The notes: generated by a model from the sequence alone, not told the origin. 64,000 nucleotides of DNA from Candidatus Omnitrophota bacterium (GCA_028716165.1 JAQUQI010000001.1:191832-255831), one strand, 5' to 3'. Positions 10,445 to 20,963 are shown, counted from the stretch's first letter. Numbers and translations are program-made.

Positions 10445-10875
10445 GAATAAACCCCTATTTGAGACGTTTATACAATCTTTGAAAAAAGACTTATAAAGAT
10501 AATAGCATAATCCGCGTTTTCTGTCAACAAAAATTTGTATTTAGTAGTGTCAAGATAATTGTGCACTTGCGTATTTAAGTTCAGATTGAATTGAGTCTTT
10601 AGACATATCCTCTGGTATTGTTATGTTAAGGTACTTTATGATACCAAAGATCCATAAGTTTAAAGATTTCGCTTTACATATTGCCATTGTCTTGCGACCG
10701 TATCCTGGGAGAGGTCTAAGTCTCTCATGGGCATATCCTCCCTGGGACATCACGTCCCGGTTATTGTCGCTAATAACCAAAGGATATGCCTTTTTTATTG
10801 TGATTTCAATGAACTTTTATACTGAAAGTGCACAGAATATTTTACATTATGTTAAATCAAGGCAGGTGGCAGGTT

Positions 10876-12678
10876 TTATTTCGCGGGATTGGGCACGTCA
10901 CTCCAATTGTAATCTGTCTGTAATAATAAAGCCGTTTGTATAAATGCCATATGGGAATAGCCCTGGGGAAAATTACCGGTAAGGCGTCCTGTCCCGGGCT
11001 CTATGTCTTCAGAAAATAACCCGAACCTGTTGGCATGCCTTATAATATTATCAAACATAAGCTTTGCCTTGTCCTTACAACCTATAAGATAGAGAGCATT
11101 TATCATCCAAAAAATACACACAATAAAAGAATTTTTCGGCACGCCAAGGCCGTCATCTCCGAGATACCTGAAAACAAAATTATCCTTTACCAGCATTTCC
11201 ATGCTTTTTGCGACCGTATTTTTCATGCGGGCATCGGCCTTGTCAATAAAACCATAATGCAGCATGAGAAGGTTAGCGGCATCAAGCTCATCCGAACCAT
11301 AATACATTGTAAATGAGCCTATTCTGTCATTCCAGCCGTTTTTTAAGACATCGTCCTTAATCTCTGAAGCTATTTCAAGCCATTTGCGGACATACTGGTT
11401 TTTGCCTATCCTTTTGGCTATGGCCGCGGCCCTGTTCATTGCCACCCAGCTCATCAGCTTGGAATGGACATAATGCCTGGGCTCCTGCCTGCGTTCCCAC
11501 ATGCCCTGATCGGGCATCATCCATTGCTGTGACGCTATAAAAGCCGATGTCCTGACCGCTGTCCATATCTCCTCATTAAAATCTATCTTGACCCTTTTAT
11601 TTAGCACAAAATACGTGTATATGGCTTCTATCAGCTGGCCGTATATATCATTTTGCGTTTGGCGATACGCGTTATTGCCTATGCGCACAGGCTTGGAATT
11701 TTCATATCCGCTTAAATGTTCAAGCAGTTTTTCCTCCAGCACTTTTTCTCCGTTTATACCGTACATAATGGATATATTGGCCCTCTTGGAAAGCATGCGG
11801 TTTAGAATAAAATCCATATAATTTGACGCTGTCTTTAAATGTCCTATCCTTATATACAGGTCCACTACCATAGCGCTGTCGCGTATCCAGCAATACCTGT
11901 AATCCCAGTTTCTGTCCTTGCCTATTATCTCCGGAAGCGATGTTGTGGGGGCGGCAATAACAGCGCCGGTCTTTTGATATGTCATAAGCTTGAGCGTTAT
12001 AGCCGACCTTATAACCATATCCCTGAATTGCCCGGGCACATTTGTCCGATAGGCCCAATCCAGCCAGTATGTCTTGGTCTTTTCATATTCAATATAGACC
12101 TTATCGGTATTAATATCCTCAAGCTTCTCATGATAGGAAAAAAGCGCGTAAGAGGTAGCTCTTAACTCCATAGGTTCAGACCTGATTATTTTGTCAAGGT
12201 CAAGATTGCTATACAGGTAAAAACTGTTATATGCGCCCTTTTGGGATATAATCTTGATATAATCGCCTTCATTGCACAAATCAGCCTGCGCGCAGGCATA
12301 GTTAGGCATAGGCTTTAATTCAAAAATTATCTTAGGGTTGCCTGAAACAAGCAAAATGTCCCTGTGTATCTCGGGCGGGCAATAGCACTCTTCTCTGGCA
12401 TTGATAAACCTGGGCATATAATCTCTTACTTCAAAGGTGCCGTCTTTGGTGACAAACACCGTTTTAAGTATCGGGGTACGCGGTATATATGCCTGTGTAA
12501 TGCTTATCGTATCAACGCCTTTGATCCTGAAATAGCCCCCAAGGCCTTCATCTAATAACCGGGCAAAGACAGAGGGCGAATCAAAATACGGCAGGCACAG
12601 CCAGTCAATGGAGCAGTCGCTTCCTATCAGGGCCGCTGTAGTGCAATTGCCTATTATAGCGTAATCATAATTTTTCAT
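10876..12678 (-). CDS. Glycoside hydrolase family 15 protein (glucoamylase or trehalase-like), 600 aa.
   Basis: Length and (alpha/alpha)6-type composition fit GH15-related glucoamylase or glucodextranase proteins. The N-terminus reads MKNYDYAIIGNCTTAALIG. Confidence 0.55.
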   Translation of the reverse strand: MKNYDYAIIGNCTTAALIGSDCSIDWLCLPYFDSPSVFARLLDEGLGGYFRIKGVDTISITQAYIPRTPILKTVFVTKDGTFEVRDYMPRFINAREECYCPPEIHRDILLVSGNPKIIFELKPMPNYACAQADLCNEGDYIKIISQKGAYNSFYLYSNLDLDKIIRSEPMELRATSYALFSYHEKLEDINTDKVYIEYEKTKTYWLDWAYRTNVPGQFRDMVIRSAITLKLMTYQKTGAVIAAPTTSLPEIIGKDRNWDYRYCWIRDSAMVVDLYIRIGHLKTASNYMDFILNRMLSKRANISIMYGINGEKVLEEKLLEHLSGYENSKPVRIGNNAYRQTQNDIYGQLIEAIYTYFVLNKRVKIDFNEEIWTAVRTSAFIASQQWMMPDQGMWERRQEPRHYVHSKLMSWVAMNRAAAIAKRIGKNQYVRKWLEIASEIKDDVLKNGWNDRIGSFTMYYGSDELDAANLLMLHYGFIDKADARMKNTVAKSMEMLVKDNFVFRYLGDDGLGVPKNSFIVCIFWMINALYLIGCKDKAKLMFDNIIRHANRFGLFSEDIEPGTGRLTGNFPQGYSHMAFIQTALLLQTDYNWSDVPNPAK

Positions 12679-12761
12679 ATTTATATATCCGGCTCAATAA
12701 CATTATTCTATACACAGGCCTGTTTTATGTCAATGCCTATTAAGCCCGAAGCTGTCAGGCG

Positions 12762-14072
12762 TCAAGATATTTTTCGCTTCCTTGATATCCTTTGCCTTGA
12801 CGGATTGAAGTAACCCAGCATCAATGACGGAAAATTGCGGCGCAGGCCCATAATTACCTTACGCATGCCCAAAAGTTCTTCCTTTTCCGGAGAAAATCCA
12901 ATAGACTTGAAATAATAAACCGGGTCTATGTTAAGATTCCTTAGCTGTATCATGTCTATACCCGACGACCTGATAAAAGACAGGAACCCGTCTGATTCAT
13001 TTCTGGAATCCGTAAACCCGGGTAAGGACAGATAGTTAATTGAGACAAACCCTGAAGCCTGCTTTGCCTTTTTAATTGATTCCATTACATGGCTAAACTT
13101 GTAATCCGCCGGCCTGTAATACCTGTCATAATAAAGTTCTTGCACGCTGTTTATACTGACCCTTATACTGTTAAGGCCTGCCCGAAATAATCTCTCCACG
13201 GCTTTTGGCTTACTTGCATTTGTATTCAAATTGATAATGCCCTTGCCCGATTTGCTTCTTATTATTCTGATAGCTGCCTCAAGCGTATCGGATACCATTA
13301 AAGGCTCTCCCTCACAGCCCTGCCCAAAACTAACAATAGGGTCCTTGACATTACCCATATGGAATAAGGCCACCTCGGCTATTTCATCGGGGCTGGGGAC
13401 AAATTTTATCCGGGGCTGGGTGATAGAACATCTCTTATCGGGCTGATGGGATATGCACCCTACGCATCTTGAATTGCAATACGGCGATGAAGGAAGAGGC
13501 GCTTCGTAACGAGCCAGAAAAAGATTTTTTGCCGCGGGACAGGCATAGCACAGGGCGCACTTTTCAAGATGCCTGAAAAGCCTGTTTTTCGGAAATAATC
13601 TCCGGGCATTCCTTATGCCTGATTTGATCTTGGCAATATCCATAAACCGCAAGTCCTGGCGTAATTCCTTATCAACCCTCATGGCGGCAGTGTATAATTT
13701 TTCTTTATACAGGCATACGGCGGAATACGAAAAAAGAGGCAGGGGCCTGGCATGTTCCGATTCAACATAACAGCAATTATACGTTATCGTGTAACCGGGC
13801 GACAGGAAGGCTGAAACCGCGAAACATGGAAGCCTTTTTTTTGAATACGGGTCCCTTTTCACGGCAATGTATTTTTTTAGGCTTTTATCATATCCTATGG
13901 GGGCCCTGTCCGGCATGATAAAAAGCTCGCTGGCAGCGGGAAGCTCAATCAGATCATCCGCTGACAATGGAAAAAATATGCCTGCTTTCATTCCGCATGG
14001 GGCAAGGCCTGAAACAGGATATATCCCGCCTTTTCTATCGGCAACAATAAGTTTAAGCTTGTCCATTTTCAT
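12762..14072 (-). CDS. Radical SAM domain protein of unknown function, 436 aa.
   Basis: CNSRCVGC (Cx3Cx2C) lies mid-protein, with a GQGCEGEPLM glycine-rich SAM motif. A ~200-aa N-terminal extension carries extra Cys residues (CALCYACP). It is co-oriented with hydE. Confidence 0.6.
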   Translation of the reverse strand: MKMDKLKLIVADRKGGIYPVSGLAPCGMKAGIFFPLSADDLIELPAASELFIMPDRAPIGYDKSLKKYIAVKRDPYSKKRLPCFAVSAFLSPGYTITYNCCYVESEHARPLPLFSYSAVCLYKEKLYTAAMRVDKELRQDLRFMDIAKIKSGIRNARRLFPKNRLFRHLEKCALCYACPAAKNLFLARYEAPLPSSPYCNSRCVGCISHQPDKRCSITQPRIKFVPSPDEIAEVALFHMGNVKDPIVSFGQGCEGEPLMVSDTLEAAIRIIRSKSGKGIINLNTNASKPKAVERLFRAGLNSIRVSINSVQELYYDRYYRPADYKFSHVMESIKKAKQASGFVSINYLSLPGFTDSRNESDGFLSFIRSSGIDMIQLRNLNIDPVYYFKSIGFSPEKEELLGMRKVIMGLRRNFPSLMLGYFNPSRQRISRKRKIS

Positions 14073-14988
14073 ATGAGCAAACCGCTCTCCTTAACCCGTC
14101 ATAAGTTGTTACGCGGGGCAAATACCCCAAATCTTCTTTTATCCTGTCTATGCTGTAAAGCCTGTCTTTGGTAAAATACGAAACCTTATGCCTGATAAAG
14201 GGCATAAAAGACAAACCCGCGATAAGAAACCCCGGCAGATACAAAGGCGGTTTCGCTTTAAGGCATTTTGCCGTATATTCAAGGAACTCGGCTATAGTCA
14301 AAACTTCTTTATCAGCTACTATATACGTGCCTTCATAAGCTTTTTCATTAACAATGGCCTGAACCATTACGTCTACCACATTGTCAATATAGACAAGTTG
14401 TATCCTCGCCGAGCCTGTGCCGATAACCGGTATCAGCCTTTTTTTTACAAGCCTGCATATAAAACGCAAAAGATGGGGTTCATTTTCGCCGTATACCATA
14501 ACAGGCCTAATTATAGATATTTTAAGGCCTTTCTGCCTGTATAAAAATGCCGCTTTTTCAGCCTCAACTTTTGAACAACCATATCTATTGGTAAATGAAT
14601 ACGGCATATCGTCTTTAAGAGGGGCCGCGCTATTTCCGCTTATAACCGCTATAGAGCTCAAATATACGGCCCTTTTAACGCCTTGGTCAAGGCAGGCCTT
14701 AAAAACATTATAACTGCCGTCTTTGTTTACCTTCAAAAGCCTTTTGAGCGGGCCATTACCGACGAGCGCGGCGCAATGAAACACTATATCAGGCTTTTGT
14801 TTGCCTAATACATCCTGCACGGACCGGATATCCTCAATATCAATATAAACAGGTTTAACTTTTGATAAAATCCGGCCCAGGCAAGACAGCTTTCGTCCGG
14901 CACAAATTACTTCATGCCCTTGCTCAACCAGCCTAGTAGCAAGCCTCTTGCCTATAAAACCCGTTGCTCCTATAACAAGCGCTTTCAT
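14053..14988 (-). CDS. NAD(P)-dependent epimerase/dehydratase family protein (SDR), 311 aa.
   Basis: N-terminal Rossmann motif MKALVIGATGFIGKRL and a YxxxK-type region. Confidence 0.6.
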   Translation of the reverse strand: MKALVIGATGFIGKRLATRLVEQGHEVICAGRKLSCLGRILSKVKPVYIDIEDIRSVQDVLGKQKPDIVFHCAALVGNGPLKRLLKVNKDGSYNVFKACLDQGVKRAVYLSSIAVISGNSAAPLKDDMPYSFTNRYGCSKVEAEKAAFLYRQKGLKISIIRPVMVYGENEPHLLRFICRLVKKRLIPVIGTGSARIQLVYIDNVVDVMVQAIVNEKAYEGTYIVADKEVLTIAEFLEYTAKCLKAKPPLYLPGFLIAGLSFMPFIRHKVSYFTKDRLYSIDRIKEDLGYLPRVTTYDGLRRAVCSYENGQA

Positions 14989-16019
14989 AAATTTACCTTA
15001 AAGCCTCGGACAGAATCCCCCGCATGCGCCATAGCGTCGCCGGCATTATGCGATGCATATCTTCCTATCCGCTCCAGCATGGCCTTTGCCCGGGCCATTG
15101 AATCCAGCGGGTTTTCTCCAATGCAAAATTTACCGGGATAAATATCATAATGGCTCCTAAAAGCCGGCGGAGTAATGTCCGGCATAAAAACATTCGCACC
15201 GCATTTGAGAGCCTTTTCAATACCGTCTTTAGCAATCGTGCCGATAGCCGTTGTCGCCGGTATATGGGCGAGCGGCAATGCCAATCTTGCCGCGGCTATA
15301 ACACGCAATGCCAACTCAAGCCCGCCCGGGACATTATTTCCAAGAGGCGTATTGGGATGAGGTATAAACGGGCCTATTCCTATCATATCAAGGCCGAGTT
15401 CCCGCATTAAAAGTATATCATCGCAAAGCGTATCATATGTTTGACCCGGTAAGCCTGTCATGATACCGGATCCTGTCTGAAACCCCAAAGACTTCAGGCG
15501 TTTTATGCAGGATATCCTGTTATCATAGCAAGAGGGTTTTAGCTTTTTAAAAAGAGGCCTGTCTGAAGTTTCAAACCTTAAGAGATATCTATCGGAGCCG
15601 GCATCCTTGAGACTTTTATATTCGTCAAAATCCAGCTCCCCTAACGACAATGTAATACGGCAATCTGATTCTGATTTTATCCTCTTTATTATAGCGCACA
15701 GGTTATCCGTGCCATAGGCCTTGTCCTCGCCCGACTGTAAAAGTATCGTCTTATAACCGTGCCTGATTGCTCCAAGCGCTGTGTCTATTATTTCACCGGC
15801 GCTCATCCTGTAGCGCTTGACAAGGCCATTACCTTTCCTTAATCCGCAATACAGGCAGTTGCACGCGCAGTAATTGGAAAACTCTATAATACCTCTTATG
15901 TGGACCTCGTTTCCAAAACGCGCCGCCCGCTCGGAGTCTGCCGCGGCAAAAAGAGCGCCGGGGTCATCAGACTTTAACCATCGCAGGATATCTTCTCTTT
16001 TTATGTCCGGCATAATCAA
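14985..16019 (-). CDS. hydE: [FeFe]-hydrogenase maturase HydE (biotin-synthase-like radical SAM).
   Basis: CACNCLYCGLR Cx3Cx2C motif near the N-terminus, ~344 aa, BioB-like. Sits with hydG and hydF. Confidence 0.8.
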   Translation of the reverse strand: MIMPDIKREDILRWLKSDDPGALFAAADSERAARFGNEVHIRGIIEFSNYCACNCLYCGLRKGNGLVKRYRMSAGEIIDTALGAIRHGYKTILLQSGEDKAYGTDNLCAIIKRIKSESDCRITLSLGELDFDEYKSLKDAGSDRYLLRFETSDRPLFKKLKPSCYDNRISCIKRLKSLGFQTGSGIMTGLPGQTYDTLCDDILLMRELGLDMIGIGPFIPHPNTPLGNNVPGGLELALRVIAAARLALPLAHIPATTAIGTIAKDGIEKALKCGANVFMPDITPPAFRSHYDIYPGKFCIGENPLDSMARAKAMLERIGRYASHNAGDAMAHAGDSVRGFKVNL

Positions 16020-17512
16020 AAATAAAGGTCTCTCTCGCCTTTTTTTACCCGCTCATATAATTTGATAAATTCGCAAAACATATCCGGCATCTGTTCTTTT
16101 ATCTGTTTTATCTCCGATTCTATAACAGGTTCGGATTTTTTCTTTACCTCTTCTGTCGCGAAATCATCAAGCCATTCCCTGAATGTCAATACCGCGTTAA
16201 GCTTGCAAAATTTCCCTTCCTGCCCACTGCGCAATAATTCCATAATACACTTGCCTGTCCTGCCGCAGCGATAACCTGCCGTGCAAAAAGAACTTATATA
16301 CCCCATTGAGGCAAACTCGCCTATTACCTCCTCCAGACTGCCGGTATCGCCAAGGATAAACTGTTCTCTCTTGCCGTCAAGGCAGGCGTCATTGTCCGAG
16401 TAAGCGCCGATGCCTATTTTTGTAGAAGCGTCTGTTTGCGTGATACCAAGCGCCAATGCCTGCCGCCTCATCTGCCGCGTTTCGCGCGCGGTAATTATCA
16501 TGCCTGTATAAGGAACTGCCAGCCTTAAAACAATAATAAGCTTTTTGAAATCATCGTCTGATACTTTATGCCCCAAGGCGCTTATAAAAGGCGTGTTATC
16601 GGCAGGCTCAAGTCTGGGAAACGAAATAGTATGAGGGCCGATACCGAAATCCTCCTCAAGGGCCAATGAATGCGCGACAAGGCCCATGACCTCAAATCTC
16701 CAATCATAAAGCCCGAACAAGACGCCTATCCCGACATCATCTATACCGGCCTCCTGCGCCCTGTGCATGGTATACAAGCGCCATCCATAATTGTTTTTTA
16801 TGGTGCCGTGCGGATGGACCGTATTGTAAGTATCGCGGTGATAAGTCTCCTGAAAAACCTGGTATGTGCCTATTCCCGCTTCACGCAACCGGGCCAGCTC
16901 TTCCACCCTAAGAGGCGGGGCATTAACATTAACCCGTCTGATATTCCCAAACCCGTTTTTTGTTTTTACCTTTACGTCATATATGGCCTTTATCGTATCT
17001 ACCATATAGTCTATGCCGCAATCCGGATGTTCACCATAAACGACAACAAGCCTCTTGTGCCCTATTTCTCCGGCAAGCACTTTTACCTCGGATTTGACCT
17101 GCTCAAGGCTAAGCAATACCTTTTTTGACCGGTTATTGGAGCTTCGGAAACCGCAATAAAGGCAGTTATTTACACATAGATTGCTAAGATAAAGCGGGGC
17201 AAAAGTCACTATCCTGTTATCATACACCTTTTTCTTTATCTCCGCCGCGGCCCGCGCCATCAGCAAGATCAGGTCTTTGTCTTTAACGTTTAACAGGTAT
17301 GCCGTCTCCTCAAGGCTTAATGACTGTATGCTCATGGACTTGTCTATTATATCGCTTATTCTTTTTTTATCATTACCGTTACACGTATCCAGCTTTGCGA
17401 GTATTAAACTCTCATCAATAAAATCCCTGCCTGATTTCAGGTATTTTTCAACCTGGCACAGGGCCGGCCTGTTTTCAGACCACTGCCTCAAATCCTGACC
17501 GCAAATATTCAT
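16016..17512 (-). CDS. hydG: [FeFe]-hydrogenase maturase HydG (ThiH-like tyrosine lyase radical SAM).
   Basis: CVNNCLYCGF radical SAM motif, 498 aa, and a C-terminal auxiliary cluster motif CTAGYRCGRTGKC. Overlaps hydE and hydF by 4 bp. Confidence 0.85.
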   Translation of the reverse strand: MNICGQDLRQWSENRPALCQVEKYLKSGRDFIDESLILAKLDTCNGNDKKRISDIIDKSMSIQSLSLEETAYLLNVKDKDLILLMARAAAEIKKKVYDNRIVTFAPLYLSNLCVNNCLYCGFRSSNNRSKKVLLSLEQVKSEVKVLAGEIGHKRLVVVYGEHPDCGIDYMVDTIKAIYDVKVKTKNGFGNIRRVNVNAPPLRVEELARLREAGIGTYQVFQETYHRDTYNTVHPHGTIKNNYGWRLYTMHRAQEAGIDDVGIGVLFGLYDWRFEVMGLVAHSLALEEDFGIGPHTISFPRLEPADNTPFISALGHKVSDDDFKKLIIVLRLAVPYTGMIITARETRQMRRQALALGITQTDASTKIGIGAYSDNDACLDGKREQFILGDTGSLEEVIGEFASMGYISSFCTAGYRCGRTGKCIMELLRSGQEGKFCKLNAVLTFREWLDDFATEEVKKKSEPVIESEIKQIKEQMPDMFCEFIKLYERVKKGERDLYF

Positions 17513-18780
17513 TGTAAAAACTCTTTCCTCTCCGAATATGATACTACTCCGGCGTTAAGGTTAAATGGGGACAATGCCCTGGGTAAAACTCCTTTCACGT
17601 ATGATATGCACATACCGTAGTTTGTCATGGCAATGTTATGGGCGGCGGCCTGTTCCATCCTTGCCAGCATCTCCCGTCTTGATACCATGCATCCGCCGCA
17701 TTGTATAATCAGCTTGTATTCTTTCAGATTATCAGGAAAATCCCTGCCGGCACAGGAATCAAAGCGGATATCCTGGCCCGTATAATCTTTTATCCACCAC
17801 GGTATCTTTACCCTGCCTATGTCATCCTCTATCGGATGGTGGCTGCAACTCTCGGCTATAAGAACCTTATCGCCTGAAACCAGTTTGTCTATAACGCGCG
17901 CGGCCCTGGCCATGGCCTGGAGATCGGATTTCATTCTCGCGAATAATATTGAAAATGTGGTGCATTTTATATCGCGCGGGGTCTGGTCAAAAACCTGGCG
18001 GACGACTTGAGAATCACAGACCACGATCGCGGGAGGTACCTTTAATCCGCGCAGGGCATTAATATATCCGTCCTCTTTTACGACAAGCGCCATCTGGCCG
18101 TTATCCAGGGCGTCTCTTATGGTCTGCACTTGTGGCAATATTATCCGGCCCTTCGGCGCTTCCATGTCTATCGGGACCACCAATACGGCAATGCCTCCTT
18201 GCGGCATAAGGTCGCCTATTATAGGAGGAGGTTTTAAAAAATCTACCGGGACTATATCAATAAGGCATTTTTTGAATTCATGTATGGTAGCATTCCGGCG
18301 TTTGCTATCAATGCTTGATGAAATAATTATATGCCGCGTATAAGAACCCGCCTTATCAATAAAATCTTTATTGGGCATACCGGTATCGGATTTATTTATT
18401 ACTATGATAAGAGGGGCATTCTCTTTTTCCGCGCGCCGGGCTATGGATTCCTCATAATCCTGCCATATGCCGGGCTCTATAATTAACGTATATATATCCG
18501 CCCTTTTAAATACGGCCTCGGTTTTTTTAAGGCGCAGGGAAGAAAGCGAAGATATATCGTCAATACCGGCAGTATCCATAAAAAGCACGGGCCCTATAGG
18601 AAGAAGCTCCATCGTTTTCTCAACAATGTCAGTAGTCGTCCCGGGAACAGGCGAGGTTATGGATACGTCCTGATTGGTTATATAATTAAGAAACGCGGAT
18701 TTGCCCGTATTGACGCGGCCAAACAGCCCTATCTGAAGGCGGAGGGATTTAGGCGTCTTGAGCATCACGGCCTCCCGCAT
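17509..18780 (-). CDS. hydF: [FeFe]-hydrogenase maturation GTPase HydF. The real start is possibly the internal Met at ~18765.
   Basis: N-terminal P-loop GRVNTGKSAFLN and G-domain motifs (DTAG, NKSD). C-terminal cluster-binding motifs ESCSHHP and IQCGGCMV. 423 aa. Confidence 0.8.
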   Translation of the reverse strand: MREAVMLKTPKSLRLQIGLFGRVNTGKSAFLNYITNQDVSITSPVPGTTTDIVEKTMELLPIGPVLFMDTAGIDDISSLSSLRLKKTEAVFKRADIYTLIIEPGIWQDYEESIARRAEKENAPLIIVINKSDTGMPNKDFIDKAGSYTRHIIISSSIDSKRRNATIHEFKKCLIDIVPVDFLKPPPIIGDLMPQGGIAVLVVPIDMEAPKGRIILPQVQTIRDALDNGQMALVVKEDGYINALRGLKVPPAIVVCDSQVVRQVFDQTPRDIKCTTFSILFARMKSDLQAMARAARVIDKLVSGDKVLIAESCSHHPIEDDIGRVKIPWWIKDYTGQDIRFDSCAGRDFPDNLKEYKLIIQCGGCMVSRREMLARMEQAAAHNIAMTNYGMCISYVKGVLPRALSPFNLNAGVVSYSERKEFLQ

Positions 18781-19036
18781 ACGGTTTGCTCAACGATGAT
18801 TTGACGCTTATGCCCGCGATCTTTCCCAATTTACCCGTCAAGGCGCCTAATTCGTCTGTTGTCGCGTCAACAACCAGAGTTATAACATTAAGGCCCTTTT
18901 TGCCGCTGGGCACACCCATTCTCGCTAATATGATATCCCCGTAACCGGAGAGTATCTCATTTACCCTGGGGGCGTTTTTCTTCCTGTCCTCTACTATAAT
19001 ACCAATAAATCCCAGGCGTTTGTCTGTATTTGCCAT
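18749..19036 (-). CDS. Small ACT/NikR-C-like putative iron-only hydrogenase system regulator (TM1266-like), 95 aa.
   Basis: About 90 aa, with an IVEDR...VNEIL...GRMGVP...TGKLG pattern typical of the small protein family found next to hydEFG. Its 3' end overlaps the hydF start. Confidence 0.55.
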   Translation of the reverse strand: MANTDKRLGFIGIIVEDRKKNAPRVNEILSGYGDIILARMGVPSGKKGLNVITLVVDATTDELGALTGKLGKIAGISVKSSLSKPYAGGRDAQDA

Positions 19037-19075
19037 CGGTGGCGCCTTTTTACGCGTTTGATTCTTAAAATATTT

Positions 19076-19127
19076 CTTTTAAAAAAATAAACCCCAAAAT
19101 TACCAAAAATAAGCGGTAAGTTTGGGG
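19076..19127 (-). terminator. Rho-independent terminator ending the hydrogenase operon, just downstream of hydA1.
   Basis: The minus-strand transcript reads CCCCAAACTTACC-gcttattttt-GGTAATTTTGGGG, a 13-bp stem with one mismatch, followed by the U-tract tttattttttt. Confidence 0.6.
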
Positions 19128-19217
19128 AAATATTAAATACATGGTTTCCTTGGCTTTAGATTTTCAATCCTTACCGCAGAACGATTATGTTTAAAGGCCC
19201 TTGCCGGAAAGAGCCTT

Positions 19218-20963
19218 TTACTTTCTATAAAGAGGCCTTGGCAGATAATGAGTGTGTAAAAGCTTGTGTGATTTCTCGCTTAACGGTTTTATCAGAAATT
19301 CTTTATACAGTTTGATTATATATGGATTTTCATGCGCGAATCTTAACTTCCTGTCACTGTCATCCTGATACAAGCCCTTGGCCCTTATCACCCTTAACTG
19401 GTCAGTGGCTCCGTAGGGTTGGCCGCCGCCGCCTACACACCCGCCCGGACATGCCATAACTTCTATAAAATCATAAGGTATTTCTTTGCCTTTAGCGGAT
19501 GCTTCATGGACCCTGTCTAATACGCATTCAACATTACCCATGCCATGGGCCACTGCTATCCTGACCCTGGCGCCTTTTATGTCTATCTCGGCCTCCTTTA
19601 CGCCCAGCAATCCTCTTACAGGCGTAAATTCCACCTCTTTTAAGTTTTCGCCTGTCGCGTAAAAATACGCTGTTCTTATGGCAGCCTCCATAACGCCTCC
19701 TGTGGCGCCGAATATCACGCCCGCCCCGGTATAATCGCCGAGCATATGGTCAGGTTCTTCATCGGGGAGGTTTAGGAAATCAATGCCTGCCTGCTTTATC
19801 ATGCGGGCTAATTCTCTTGTCGTGATAGATATATCAACATCCTGCTGGCCTGATGAAAACATTTCCTTGCTTCTGGCAATCTCGTATTTTTTTGACGTGC
19901 ACGGCATTACAGAGACCATGAATATCCTGGATGCCTCAATCTTGTTCTTGTCCGCGTAATAGGTCTTTGCCAAAGCGCCCACCATTTCATGGGGGGATTT
20001 AGCCGACGAAAAATGTTCTATCATATCGGGATAAAACTTTTCCATAAAATCAACCCACGAAGGACAGCATGTGGTAATAAGCGGAAGCGGGCCTTTCTTA
20101 TGGACAAACCTGTTTATAAATTCAGACGCCTCCTCTATTACCGTAAGATCAGCGCCGAAACATGTGTCAAAGACAGCCTTAAACCCCATCCTTCTTAAAG
20201 CAGTGTAGATCTTGCCAGTCAGGTTCTCCCCCGGCCTGCACCCAAAGGCCTCTCCAAGAGCAACGCGGACAGCAGGGGCTATCTGCACCACGGGGTACTT
20301 ATCATTATCATAAAGCGCTTTCCAGACCGCGGGCGTCTGATCGTATTCAGCGATGGCCCCGGTAGGGCAATGGGCGGAGCACTGCCCGCATCTTATACAG
20401 GGGCTTTCTGCCAGTTCTATGTCCCCTGCCGCCGATATCCTGGTGCTGTGGCCTCTTTCCAGAAAAGAAAGGGCCCACACATCCTGCTGTTTCTGGCATA
20501 CTTGGACGCATCTTCCGCACAATATGCATTTTTCAGGCACAAGGGTTATTGTCTTTGTTGAATCGTCATTGGGTATCTGCCGCAAAAACTGGGGAAAAGC
20601 CGATTCTCTTATGCCGAAGTCCGAAGCGAGCTTCTGCAATTCGCAATTATTGTTTCTTGCGCATTTCAGGCAGTCGTTGGGATGGTTGGAGAGTATAAGC
20701 TCTAAGACATTTCTCCTTATGTCCTGCAATTCATCATCATGGGTTATTATGTCCATACCCTCTTCCAGCGGGGTACAGCACGAACGCAGCATCTTATTAC
20801 TGCCTTTTATTTTTACTATACATATGCCGCAGGCCCCTGTGGCATCAAGATCAGGGTGTTTGCAAAGAGACGGTATATTTATCTGTATTTCTTTGGCCGC
20901 GTCAAGTATGCTGGTTCCTTTTTTGACGCTGACCTCAATGTTGTTGATTTTAGCTTTTATCAT
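19218..20963 (-). CDS. hydA: [FeFe]-hydrogenase catalytic subunit HydA, bifurcating group A3 type, 581 aa.
   Basis: N-terminal 2Fe-2S ferredoxin-like domain plus 4Fe-4S domains. H-cluster motifs: L1 TTCCPSW, L2 MPCTSKKYE, L3 EVMACPGGCVGGGGQP. Confidence 0.9.
   Translation of the reverse strand: MIKAKINNIEVSVKKGTSILDAAKEIQINIPSLCKHPDLDATGACGICIVKIKGSNKMLRSCCTPLEEGMDIITHDDELQDIRRNVLELILSNHPNDCLKCARNNNCELQKLASDFGIRESAFPQFLRQIPNDDSTKTITLVPEKCILCGRCVQVCQKQQDVWALSFLERGHSTRISAAGDIELAESPCIRCGQCSAHCPTGAIAEYDQTPAVWKALYDNDKYPVVQIAPAVRVALGEAFGCRPGENLTGKIYTALRRMGFKAVFDTCFGADLTVIEEASEFINRFVHKKGPLPLITTCCPSWVDFMEKFYPDMIEHFSSAKSPHEMVGALAKTYYADKNKIEASRIFMVSVMPCTSKKYEIARSKEMFSSGQQDVDISITTRELARMIKQAGIDFLNLPDEEPDHMLGDYTGAGVIFGATGGVMEAAIRTAYFYATGENLKEVEFTPVRGLLGVKEAEIDIKGARVRIAVAHGMGNVECVLDRVHEASAKGKEIPYDFIEVMACPGGCVGGGGQPYGATDQLRVIRAKGLYQDDSDRKLRFAHENPYIIKLYKEFLIKPLSEKSHKLLHTHYLPRPLYRK

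Noticed and set aside
126-10496. About 25 short plus-strand ORFs (60-160 aa), many Ser/Leu/Phe-rich.
   Set aside because: They are shadow ORFs antisense to the single giant minus-strand ORF. Their composition is low-complexity, they have no starts with SD, and the minus frame is continuous and protein-like.
10550-10943. Two small overlapping ORFs (76 and 106 aa) in the 430-bp region between the GH15 gene and the giant gene start.
   Set aside because: They have no SD and no recognisable motifs. The region is more likely the promoter and 5' leader of the giant gene. No known structured RNA was recognised by eye.
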